Source: Candidatus Omnitrophota bacterium
GTDB taxonomy: Bacteria > Omnitrophota > Gorgyraeia > Zapsychrales > Zapsychraceae
Direction: 5' to 3'
DNA length: 64,000 bases
Assembly (NCBI GenBank): GCA_020429915.1
Contig: JAGQKV010000018.1
Coordinates: 5,770 to 69,769 of the forward strand
The notes under the pieces are model-generated. The model was not told where the DNA came from and made no database searches. It saw nothing but the letters and a program-made list of their open reading frames with translations. Below, one piece after another: positions 1 through 8,967 of this stretch (within the stretch, counting starts at the first letter, position 1; every line of letters starts with the position of its first letter). The position numbers were made by a program, and so were the translations under genes.

Positions 1-1
1 G

Positions 2-475
2 CGCCGTTGCGCGCACAAGAACGGGGCGGTGCTTCAGCCGGAGGAGCTGGAAGACCTGCACAACGACTTCTTTCTCTGTCTGCTGGAAGACAACAGCCGC
101 CGACTGCGGGCCTTCCGGGGCGACGCCATGCTGTCCACCTATCTGGGACGGATCGTTTTTAATCTGACCGTCGATTATCTCCGCCGGCGTCGAAGCCACT
201 GTTCGTTCGACGAATTCATGCTCACGTCCCGGGCGGACAGCGCCGATGAGGACTCGCCGCTGGACCAGGCGATCAGTGATGATCTTATCGAACTCGTCCG
301 CCGCTGCATGCCCCAACTCCCGGAAAAGGACAGAGGGATTATCGATCTGAAAATCTTTCAACGGCTGAGCGTCAATCAGATCGCGGACGAACTGGGTCTG
401 AAGGTGGAAACCGCCCGGGCACGGATCCAGCGGGCCCTGGAGAAACTACGGAAATTAGTGAAAAAAGTTCATTAG
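2..475 (+). CDS. RNA polymerase ECF-type sigma-70 factor, 5'-partial (reading frame open to the window edge)
   Basis: The region 2.1-2.2 pattern (FF..L...F.G.S...TYL..I..N...D.LRRRR) and a region-4 helix-turn-helix (LSVNQIADELGLKVETARARIQRALEKLR) are both visible. The frame has no stop upstream of the first ATG at 29. Confidence 0.8.
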   Translation, partial: RRCAHKNGAVLQPEELEDLHNDFFLCLLEDNSRRLRAFRGDAMLSTYLGRIVFNLTVDYLRRRRSHCSFDEFMLTSRADSADEDSPLDQAISDDLIELVRRCMPQLPEKDRGIIDLKIFQRLSVNQIADELGLKVETARARIQRALEKLRKLVKKVH

Positions 476-499
476 AAACAGCGAAAGTATCCGTCAACT

Positions 500-1168
500 A
501 TGCCGAAGGACAACACACCTGAAAAATTCAACATCACCGATGAAGCCGTCGCCCGGTATCTGGAAGGGGTGTGCAGCGCCGGTGAAAAAGAGCGGATCGA
601 AGAGGCGATGAAAAAAGACCCTGCCTTCAGAAAAGAACTGGATGACCTGCGCGAGATCGTCGGCGATTTCGATCCGAATGCCGGCACCGGTGTCCCCAAG
701 CACGTGGTCCGCCGCGCACAAGACCTCGTCCATCCCCGTTACGGCGCGCTTTTTATCGACATCCTCGCGGAAATAGCCGATGGCGCGTTCCGGCGCCTGT
801 CCACCGCGGCCACTGTCCTGTGCGGTCCGCAAACGGCTGAGCCGGTCATGCTGCGCGGGGAATCGTTCGTCCCTAAGCAGAATATCCTAGTCGAAAAAAG
901 GGTGGGGGACCTGGACATCCAGGTGGCGGTCGGCATCCATGCGGACAACCGTCAGATTACGGTATGCCTCCGCCGGGCGGACACCGGCCGGGACGCCGAC
1001 GGCGTCCGCGGATTACTTTTACTTGAAGGACAGGAGCTCGAGTCGCATCTGAGCGCCCGGGGCCGCATCGCCTTTGACGAGGTCGGCGACGGGGAATATT
1101 TTGTGGAACTGCGGCAGGGCGACGCATTGCTGGGCGCCGTCAAAATAAACCTGACTTCGCATGGCTGA
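500..1168 (+). CDS. anti-sigma factor-like protein (soluble, no TM segment seen)
   Basis: Lies 25 nt downstream of the ECF sigma gene. The N-terminal ~50 aa resemble an anti-sigma domain (VARYLEGVCSAGEKERIEEAM). Its 3' end overlaps the next gene by 8 nt. Confidence 0.5.
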   Translation: MPKDNTPEKFNITDEAVARYLEGVCSAGEKERIEEAMKKDPAFRKELDDLREIVGDFDPNAGTGVPKHVVRRAQDLVHPRYGALFIDILAEIADGAFRRLSTAATVLCGPQTAEPVMLRGESFVPKQNILVEKRVGDLDIQVAVGIHADNRQITVCLRRADTGRDADGVRGLLLLEGQELESHLSARGRIAFDEVGDGEYFVELRQGDALLGAVKINLTSHG

Positions 1169-2894
1169 GCGCGGCGCATCCCTCATACTGGACGTACAGG
1201 CCCGCGACGGGCAGATGACGCTCAGTCTGCACGACACCCGCTGTGCGGTCCGCGGGGTGGAAGACCATCCCGTTTCGTTTCCCGCGATACAATCCGCGTC
1301 GCAGCGCATCTACGGCCTCATTCAGCGCGCACATGAGATCGGCCGGTTCGATCCGGATATTAACGCGCAACTGACCGCGGCCGGGCGGGAACTTTTCGCG
1401 CTATTGATACCCGGCACGATCCGCGCGGCGCTTACCGAATCCCGGGCGGAACACCTGTTGCTGATTCTTGACGAAGGATTGCTCGGCATCCCGTGGGAGC
1501 TGGCGCATACCGGCGGGGATTTCCTCTGTATCAAATTCAATGTCGGCCGACAGATGCGTACCCGCAGGCCGCACCGGCCCGGACGCCACCGGACGGCCGG
1601 CCGCCCGTACCGTCTGCTGATCCTGGCCGACCCCTGCGGAAATCTGCCCGCGGCGCAAAAGGAGATGCAGGACCTCCGCAAAAAACTGGAGCAGGGCAAG
1701 GACCGTCTGGAGATCTCCACCAAATCCACCCGGATCACGCGCGACTACGTGGAACGCCATCTGCACCGGTATGACATCGTGCATTTCGCGGGTCACAGCG
1801 AGATTGATCCGCAGGCGCCGGAGAAGGGGGGCTGGGTCCTGACCGACGGCATCTGGTCGATCACGGACATCCAGCGGCTGGGTGCCCGGGACAGCCAGCC
1901 GGTGCTGGTCTTTTCCAATTCCTGCCGGTCAGCGTTTGACGGGCACAACGATACCCTGCACCGGGCCGGGGAGGAGATATCCGGCATCGCCAACGCCTTC
2001 ATCCTCAACGGCGTCCGCCACTTCGTCGGGACCCTCTGGAATGTCCCGGATGCCTCGGCGGGGACATTCGCCGCGGGATTCTACGCCCGACTTCTGAAAG
2101 GCGACGCCATCGGATCCGCTTTAAAGACGGCACGGCAGCAGGCCGCCTCCGCTGCCGGCGCGCATCAGCTGACCTGGGCGAACTACATTCTCTACGGCGA
2201 CCCGGCCACCGTCATCGTCGGTAAGAAAACATATCCCCGGCTGCGCCGTCTGGTCCCGGCGGCGGCCGGCGTTCTGGTATTGGCCGGGATACTGACGGCC
2301 ATCCTGGTGCAGCGGCAGGACCGGATAACGCAACGTTCCCGGCAGGCCGTCGTGGCCGAACAGACGGTGACGATCACCGGCGAGGAGGACGCCCTGCTGA
2401 AGGTGATCTTTGCCAATGAGCGCGTGCCGACCTATGTGTGGGAAGAATTTATTACCCGCAACGAAGAAGGCCTGCGCGCGGTGGACGGCCGGCTCGCGCC
2501 CGGCGTCAAGGCGTTGCGCATCAAACGAAACGGCGACCTGCACATCGAACGGGGAGATTATTTTCTGGCCGCCGAACAGTACCGGAAGGCCTTATCGTAC
2601 GTTTCAGGCGGGGATGCCGGGCATCTGTTTCTGCGCAGTATCCTGACGCTCGACCTGATCCAGGCCCTGGTGGAATCGGACCGCCTGCAGGCGGAGGCCC
2701 CGCTGAAAGAGTTTCGTACGGCCTTTGCCGCGGATCGCGCCCGCTTCACCGACTCCCAGCTGGCGTTTTTAATGCGCCGTTTCCAGCTCATCCGGATCTC
2801 TCTGTTCAAACTCGGGCTGAAAAACTCTCAATTTTACAACGAGCTGGATTCGGTGTATGATCAAGTCAAAGACACCCGCCGGACACGACCTTAA
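1161..2894 (+). CDS. CHAT-domain (caspase-like) protease, single TM then a ~160-aa C-terminal domain
   Basis: The CHAT His/Cys dyad context is present: HFAGHSE and VLVFSNSCRSAF. A hydrophobic span LVPAAAGVLVLAGILTAILV follows. The start overlaps the upstream gene by 8 nt. Confidence 0.8.
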   Translation: MAERGASLILDVQARDGQMTLSLHDTRCAVRGVEDHPVSFPAIQSASQRIYGLIQRAHEIGRFDPDINAQLTAAGRELFALLIPGTIRAALTESRAEHLLLILDEGLLGIPWELAHTGGDFLCIKFNVGRQMRTRRPHRPGRHRTAGRPYRLLILADPCGNLPAAQKEMQDLRKKLEQGKDRLEISTKSTRITRDYVERHLHRYDIVHFAGHSEIDPQAPEKGGWVLTDGIWSITDIQRLGARDSQPVLVFSNSCRSAFDGHNDTLHRAGEEISGIANAFILNGVRHFVGTLWNVPDASAGTFAAGFYARLLKGDAIGSALKTARQQAASAAGAHQLTWANYILYGDPATVIVGKKTYPRLRRLVPAAAGVLVLAGILTAILVQRQDRITQRSRQAVVAEQTVTITGEEDALLKVIFANERVPTYVWEEFITRNEEGLRAVDGRLAPGVKALRIKRNGDLHIERGDYFLAAEQYRKALSYVSGGDAGHLFLRSILTLDLIQALVESDRLQAEAPLKEFRTAFAADRARFTDSQLAFLMRRFQLIRISLFKLGLKNSQFYNELDSVYDQVKDTRRTRP

Positions 2895-3047
2895 ATTTTT
2901 TTTATAAAATTTGTCAGACTTTGCGAACGGTGCCGTCAACTACCATGACGGCCGCGCTTCGCGGTCCCGTTCAGCCATAATACAGACCAGGGCCACCGCC
3001 CGCGTCATATATCCAGTTATCCAAAATCGTAACCGGGGGAGAGTGTT

Positions 3048-6000
3048 ATGAAAAAGATAATCTTTGCACTGGGGCTGGGTGTCGTCCTGGCTGCCGGAAC
3101 CGCTTGGGCGGGATTCGACGGCCCGAACATCCGCGTCGATCATGAACCGACCAGCCTCAACGCCGTCAAAGGAAAGGTGGCGGCCGATAACGCCGGTCAC
3201 ATATACGTGGCGTGGGAGGACGAACGCAGCGGAGCGGGCGTTTACCTGAATTATTCCCACGACAACGGCGGCACCTGGCAGAGCAGCGACACCTTCCTCG
3301 AAATCCCCGGCAGTTCCTATCTGAAAGACCTCAAGATCCTCACCGACCAGTCCGGTCATGTTTATGTCACCTGGATTTACATCCTCAACAGCGCCAAGTA
3401 TGTGGCCTTCGGGTCGTCCTCCGATTACGGCGCGACCTGGTCCACGCAGACGGTCAACGTCGGCGAATCCGGCTGGTGGGTGGATGACGTGGATATGGAC
3501 CATGATGAGTCCGGCCACGTCTGCCTGACGGCGAGCGAGGGGGGATCGTTTCCGCTCAATCTCTACAGCAACTGTTCCGCTGATTACGGCGCGACATGGA
3601 TGGGCACGCACGTCAAGATCAACACCAATAACCCGTCGAGCGGACAGACGCAACGTGATATCAAAGTCTGCATGGATGACGGGGGCCACGTCTACACGGC
3701 CTGGGTCGACGGCCGCGACGGGGTCAGCGGAGGCTGGAAGTATGTCTACTCCAATCATTCCAGTGATTACGGCCAAAGCTGGGCGCAGGAACAGCGCATT
3801 GAACCGCCCTCTTATGCCCAAAACGCGGATAATCCCCAGATTGCCTGCGACAACAACGGCAATGTCCATGTCGCCTGGCATTCTTTTGACGGTCAATTTT
3901 ATCAAAATGAAATTTTCTACAATCACTCCGCGGACTACGGAGTGACATGGCCTAACCGTCAGACGTTCACTACGACAGGCCATTATCCCCGGGTGCAGGC
4001 CGGTGCCGGCGGTAAAGTTTATGTGACCTGGACCGACACATCAAATTCACCATACCTGACGATCCGTTTCCGCCGCTCCACGGACGGGGGAAACTCCTTT
4101 GATTCCGAGGTCCGGATCAACACCAGTCATGACACCGAGCAGGACCACTACGCCTTGAAGGCAGCGGGAAACAAGGTCGGCGTGCTGTGGGAGAATGTGG
4201 AACCGTGGGAAACGATCTACGCCAAATTTTCAGAGGACGCCGGGGTGACGTGGCAGGCAGAGGATATCGATGTCAGCAACGGAGGCTATAACAGCGACCT
4301 CCCTGATCTCGCGATGAGCGGCGGCGGCGAGATGTATGCCGTTTGGCAGGACAACCATACCGCCGGGTACAACATCTATTTCAAAACGGGCACCCCCGAC
4401 GGCCAGGCCGACGTGTCGGTCTTCCAGGACTTCGAACCGGGTAACGGCTCGGATGAGTACGGGTGGGCCTACCCGGGCGCGACGGCGGAACTCTCCACCG
4501 AACAGGTCCACGGCGGCACCCGCGCGTGGAAGGTCAGCTCCGGACAGATGTTTGCCGGGACCGGACTGCAGTCGCAGACGCAACGCTGGGATATGGACTT
4601 CCGTCCGGACATCAACGACCGCCTCACCTTCTGGATCTGGTCGGATCCCGCCACTCCCGCCGACAACACCGTGCTGCTCAAGCTGACGGACACCGGGACT
4701 TTTTCCACCGGTTTTGACGTATGGACGACCGAAAGCGCGGCGTATCAGGAGTGGACGCAGATCGAGGTCCTGTTCAGTCAGCTCCCGGACGGCTTTGATT
4801 TGAATCATGTGAACAAGATCGAGATCTTCAACTACGATGCGGGGACCTATTATTTCGATGACTTCGAGGTCACGGCCAAGGACCGGGTGTATCAGGCCTT
4901 TGAAGACTGCGCCGACGCCGGCGACTGCGGCTGGGCCTGGGGCGGAACCATCGGACTGCAAGGGACCATCGGCATCGAGGAAGAATACGTTTATGAAGGG
5001 GAGACCGCCTGGCGGCTCAACGCGACCGAGAACTGGGCGGGCACCGGGGTCAGGGCCCAGGTCAAGAGTTATGACGCCGTCAATGACGAACAGTCGTACT
5101 GGCATGTGGACCTCAATCCGGAGTTTAATGACCGGCTGACGTTCTGGGTCTACAATCTCGCCGAGAACGGCTTGGCCAACAATCTGGCCGTGCAGTTTTT
5201 CGATCATGACCAGCACTTTGAGGACCCGGTCGTTTACTGGACCACGGAGCGCGCGTTCTACGGGGAGTGGACCAAGCTGACCGTTCCCTTTGATGAACTG
5301 CCGCCGTCGCTCGACCTGACGAACATCAACAAGATCCAGTTCCAGGTGTACTGGAAAGGGGTTTACTACTTCGACGATATCCGCGCCACGCGCGGGGCAC
5401 CGGCGTTCGACAAGGATGTGCTGCCGGACGGCAACATCGCATGGGGCGCCGTACCCGGGGCCTTCGCCTATGAAGTTCAGCGCAGTGACGACGGGGATGA
5501 AGGCTGGGAAACGATCTTCACCGGCGGCGCGACCGGGTTCGGGTACAACGGCCTGAGCCCGAAGTATCTGCGCGTCCGCTGGAGCGAACAAACGTCCTTC
5601 CTTAATCCGAACCGTTACGTCGGCGACTGGCAGAGCCCCGTGCTGTATCAACCGCCGCAACCGGTCATCGATTACGACGCCCTGGCCGAGGGCGACATCG
5701 CCTTCATCATGACGGGCCAGGGGACTCAGTACCAGGTGGAGTCCGCAACCGGCCCCGACGGTCCGTGGTCGCTTCTCTACGACGGTCCGTCGACGGTCCT
5801 CACTGATCAGGCCGAGGATTACGAGTACTACCGCGTGCGCGCCGTCAGAGAAGTCAGCGGACAGATCGTCGATCAGACCGACTGGAGCCCGGCGGTCAGC
5901 TACCGTCCCGGCTTGTACGTCAAAGCGGTCAACCAGCAATTGAAAGAGGACAACGGGCAGGGCGGCACACTGGTCCTGCGCGGCATCAATCTGGGGAACC

Positions 6001-7589
6001 TGCTGTTGATCGAGCCGGAGTTTACCGGCATCGGCGGGAATTTCACCGGGTCCATTGCCACGGATGACGATGACTACGGGATCCGGGAAAACCTGATCGC
6101 CCGCTTCGGCGACGACGACCTGCTGCTCGATTATCAGGCCGCGTATATCACCGAGATGGACTTCGACCATATCATGCGCACCGGGGCCAATTTCGTGCGG
6201 CTGCCGATTTACTACCGCGTCGTCGAAGACGCGTCCGGCAATTTTACCCGGTTCGACAAGATTGACGAGGTGATCCGCCACTGCGCCAACCGCGGCCTGT
6301 ACGTGCTGCTCGACCTGCACGGCGCGCCCGGGGCACAGAGCGAGGAACATCATGCCGGACGGATGGATTACAACAAACTGTTCGAGGACTCGTCGCTCGG
6401 CGAGGACTATCGCGCCCGCACCGTGGCCTTCTGGGATGCCGTGTCTGAACGCTACAAAGACAATCCTGTTGTCGTGGGTTACGATATCCTCAACGAGCCG
6501 TTCGGCGCCGACGACCATGACCCCACCTTTGTCGCGGACAACGGCCTGTGGACCCTGTACGATGCCATCTACGACGCCATCCGGGCCAACGACAGCCAGC
6601 ACCTGATCGTCATGGAGACGATCCCGTCCGAATTCGACTGGAACACGCTGCCCGATCCGGACGACTACAACTGGCAGAACGTGATGTATCAGGTCCACTA
6701 CTATTGCTTCCTGTTCGATGAGCAGGGCAACATCAACGGGATCTGCAGCACGGAAGGCCATGAAGAGTATCTCTTCGGCAAGATCACCAATGCCAAGCAG
6801 TCCCAGTACAATGTCCCGGTCCTGGTCGGGGAGTTCAACGGGTTCGACAACCGCGCCAACTGGATCACCCATATGCAGAATTATACGAATGAAGGCTGGA
6901 GCTGGGCGATGTGGTCCTACAAGACCCATCCGTCGCTGGCCAACTGGGGACTGTTCGTGCATGACATCGACGACGCGGACCTGCCGGATGTCACCGTGGA
7001 CAGCGCGCAGACCCTCCAGCAAAAATTCGCCCGCTACACCACAGCCCGGCATATCGCCGACACGTCGCTGACCATGCTGTTGTCTCAGTACCTGAAACCG
7101 GAGGCGCCGTCCATTACGGTAAACATCACCCCGGCATCGGCAGTTGCGGCAGGGGCGCAATGGCGCCTGCGGCGCGGGCCGGACACCAGCTGGCACGACA
7201 GCGGAGAGACCATCGACAACCTGCGGCCCGGCACTTATAAGGTAGTCTTCAAACGATTACACGGCTTTGATAAGCCGGCCAACCAATACGTGACCGTGAT
7301 CGACGCGCCGGTCACCGTGACCGGGGATTATGTGGAGCGTACGGACGGATCGGTAACCGTCACCATCCAACCCTCCGCCGCGGCCGCGGTCGGGGCGCAG
7401 TGGCGCCTGAGCAGCGGACCGGACACATCATGGAAGGACAGCGGCGACACGATCGTCGTCCCGAAAGGCCGCTACCGGATCCGCTTCAAGAAGATCAACG
7501 GCTACTACCGTCCGAACACCATCCGCATCAATGTCGGCTACGGCCAAGCGGTGAGCAGGACGGGGTTTTATATGCCGAAGAGTTATTAA
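3048..7589 (+). CDS. secreted multidomain glycoside hydrolase: N-terminal BNR/Asp-box propeller, two CBM-like jelly-roll modules, FN3-like region, GH5 catalytic domain, two C-terminal ~80-aa repeats
   Basis: Signal peptide MKKIIFALGLGVVLAAGTAWA. At least seven Asp-box motifs (SHDNGGTW, SSDYGATW, SADYGATW, SSDYGQSW, SADYGVTW, STDGGNSF, SEDAGVTW). GH5 signatures: GINLGN, acid/base NEP in VGYDILNEPFG, nucleophile in VLVGEFNGF. An RBS-like GGGGGAGAG precedes the ATG. Confidence 0.85.
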   Translation: MKKIIFALGLGVVLAAGTAWAGFDGPNIRVDHEPTSLNAVKGKVAADNAGHIYVAWEDERSGAGVYLNYSHDNGGTWQSSDTFLEIPGSSYLKDLKILTDQSGHVYVTWIYILNSAKYVAFGSSSDYGATWSTQTVNVGESGWWVDDVDMDHDESGHVCLTASEGGSFPLNLYSNCSADYGATWMGTHVKINTNNPSSGQTQRDIKVCMDDGGHVYTAWVDGRDGVSGGWKYVYSNHSSDYGQSWAQEQRIEPPSYAQNADNPQIACDNNGNVHVAWHSFDGQFYQNEIFYNHSADYGVTWPNRQTFTTTGHYPRVQAGAGGKVYVTWTDTSNSPYLTIRFRRSTDGGNSFDSEVRINTSHDTEQDHYALKAAGNKVGVLWENVEPWETIYAKFSEDAGVTWQAEDIDVSNGGYNSDLPDLAMSGGGEMYAVWQDNHTAGYNIYFKTGTPDGQADVSVFQDFEPGNGSDEYGWAYPGATAELSTEQVHGGTRAWKVSSGQMFAGTGLQSQTQRWDMDFRPDINDRLTFWIWSDPATPADNTVLLKLTDTGTFSTGFDVWTTESAAYQEWTQIEVLFSQLPDGFDLNHVNKIEIFNYDAGTYYFDDFEVTAKDRVYQAFEDCADAGDCGWAWGGTIGLQGTIGIEEEYVYEGETAWRLNATENWAGTGVRAQVKSYDAVNDEQSYWHVDLNPEFNDRLTFWVYNLAENGLANNLAVQFFDHDQHFEDPVVYWTTERAFYGEWTKLTVPFDELPPSLDLTNINKIQFQVYWKGVYYFDDIRATRGAPAFDKDVLPDGNIAWGAVPGAFAYEVQRSDDGDEGWETIFTGGATGFGYNGLSPKYLRVRWSEQTSFLNPNRYVGDWQSPVLYQPPQPVIDYDALAEGDIAFIMTGQGTQYQVESATGPDGPWSLLYDGPSTVLTDQAEDYEYYRVRAVREVSGQIVDQTDWSPAVSYRPGLYVKAVNQQLKEDNGQGGTLVLRGINLGNLLLIEPEFTGIGGNFTGSIATDDDDYGIRENLIARFGDDDLLLDYQAAYITEMDFDHIMRTGANFVRLPIYYRVVEDASGNFTRFDKIDEVIRHCANRGLYVLLDLHGAPGAQSEEHHAGRMDYNKLFEDSSLGEDYRARTVAFWDAVSERYKDNPVVVGYDILNEPFGADDHDPTFVADNGLWTLYDAIYDAIRANDSQHLIVMETIPSEFDWNTLPDPDDYNWQNVMYQVHYYCFLFDEQGNINGICSTEGHEEYLFGKITNAKQSQYNVPVLVGEFNGFDNRANWITHMQNYTNEGWSWAMWSYKTHPSLANWGLFVHDIDDADLPDVTVDSAQTLQQKFARYTTARHIADTSLTMLLSQYLKPEAPSITVNITPASAVAAGAQWRLRRGPDTSWHDSGETIDNLRPGTYKVVFKRLHGFDKPANQYVTVIDAPVTVTGDYVERTDGSVTVTIQPSAAAAVGAQWRLSSGPDTSWKDSGDTIVVPKGRYRIRFKKINGYYRPNTIRINVGYGQAVSRTGFYMPKSY

Positions 7590-8141
7590 GCAATAAGGGA
7601 AATCGCTTTCAAAATACTACGCAATTATGGCAATTTTAGATTGTCGACGAGAACCAAAACATTTTTGATAGATGCAGCGGACGGAAAGCATCCGCACAGA
7701 CATAACTATCTGGTTTTCCGTGAATTATGAGCCCTGGTCATTTTCAATTCATTCTGGTCAGATATATTGTAGCCTGTTACCATAAGAAGAATTCCCCGAT
7801 CGCACCTTCAATAGATATCCTGGTTCGCATTTCGAGTATGCGATAGCTCACAACGTCTTTATTGAATCAGGATAAAAGAATTGATCCCAATTGAGAATGA
7901 TTCGTCCGACCGGACGATTCTGAAATCTTCCCGCCGTCAGATTGCATTTTGGCAATCTGACGGATTACACGAGGGAACTGATGCTAAAACCGTATAGATT
8001 TTTCTCAAAATATTTTGGATAATTCGATATACTCTTCGGCATTAATAGATAGGGGGCCAAACATCGAGTACTTACCTTGTATCTTTCACCGTAATTTCTA
8101 AGCCAACTTGATTATTATTGCCGATTCGTCCTTATTCTCTT

Positions 8142-8221
8142 AGGGTAGCTCCCTGAGAGAACCCCAAAGCAATTAAAAGAGCGGATTTCTGGTGCACCAG
8201 CCGGGGATCCGCTCTTTTTTT
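8142..8221 (+). repeat. ~80-bp structured repeat, copy A (AGGGTAGCTCCCTGAGAG ... GCGGAT-loop-ATCCGC + T-run)
   Basis: Small hairpin AGGG-tagct-CCCT, then 17 nt, then hairpin agagcggat/atccgctct followed by TTTTTTTT (8178-8221). The loop carries the 12-bp palindrome ctggtgcaccag. Confidence 0.55.
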
Positions 8222-8309
8222 GGGGACAGTTATTCGCCATCATCTGTCTGTCCTTATCTTGGATGATTTCTATATATTCAGACAACCGATATACATATGG
8301 AGGCTATCG

Positions 8310-8783
8310 ATGCCGCTAAGCATGAAAGGTCGACTTCGATCATCCGATTGTCATGCGTTTACGCTTATTGAAATAATGCTGGTGCTGATTATTATGGTGA
8401 TCCTGGCCACTATAAGCAGCCGTATGTTGTTCGGAAGTTTGCCGAAGGCAAAAAATCGGACCGCCTATATCGAGATCAGAACTACTCTCAAGAGCGCCCT
8501 GGAGGAATATTATTTGGATACGGGAGACTATCCCACCACGGAGGAAGGACTAGTGGCACTGGTAAGAAAACCGAGCGAATCACAACATTCAGATAAATGG
8601 CTGGGGCCTTATCTTGAAGACCTGCGGCATCCGATAGACCCGTGGGAGAGAAAGTACATGTATCAATATCCCGGTCAACACAATACACATAAATATGATC
8701 TTTATTCCTTGGGAAAGGATGGCGTGGAAAGTGATGACGATATCGTGAATTGGCTTGAGGAAGGTTCCTTACTGGATTCATAA
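8310..8783 (+). CDS. gspG: type II secretion system major pseudopilin GspG (type IV pilin-like N-terminus)
   Basis: Prepilin motif AFTLIEIMLVLIIMVILA. GspG core IDPWERKYMYQYPGQHNTHKYDLYSLGKDGVESDDDIVNW. RBS GGAGG at 8299-8303. Codon usage is markedly AT-richer than neighbouring genes. Confidence 0.85.
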   Translation: MPLSMKGRLRSSDCHAFTLIEIMLVLIIMVILATISSRMLFGSLPKAKNRTAYIEIRTTLKSALEEYYLDTGDYPTTEEGLVALVRKPSESQHSDKWLGPYLEDLRHPIDPWERKYMYQYPGQHNTHKYDLYSLGKDGVESDDDIVNWLEEGSLLDS

Positions 8784-8811
8784 AAGGACGAAAACCAACA
8801 GCCAAACTTCT

Positions 8812-8886
8812 CAGGGTCGCTCCCTGTGAGGTGGAATACAAATTATTGACGGAACTCTGGTGCGCCGGCCGGATTTCCGTTTTTTA
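8812..8886 (+). repeat. ~80-bp structured repeat, copy B (AGGGTCGCTCCCTGTGAG ... CGGAA-loop-TTCCG + T-run)
   Basis: Same architecture as copy A. The first 18 nt match 16/18 and the hairpin loop (ctggtgcgccggccgg) is similar. It ends in TTTTTT at 8881-8886. Confidence 0.55.
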
Positions 8887-8967
8887 TGGCAAGCACATAT
8901 CCGGGAAGGATCCAACAAATGTGGGGGACGACATATAGTGTGAAACAACTCTAACAGGGGGTGCGAA

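Noticed and set aside
4230-7196. 988-aa ORF on the minus strand
   Set aside because: Entirely antisense to the well-supported GH5/BNR gene. Its translation is Arg/Gly/Pro/Val-rich, typical of GC-driven shadow ORFs, and has no motifs.
8142-8886. Integron cassette / attC interpretation of the repeats flanking gspG
   Set aside because: No recognisable R''/L''-L'/R' core sites (GTTRRRY) and no integrase nearby. The elements end in T-runs like intrinsic terminators. Kept only as a generic structured repeat.
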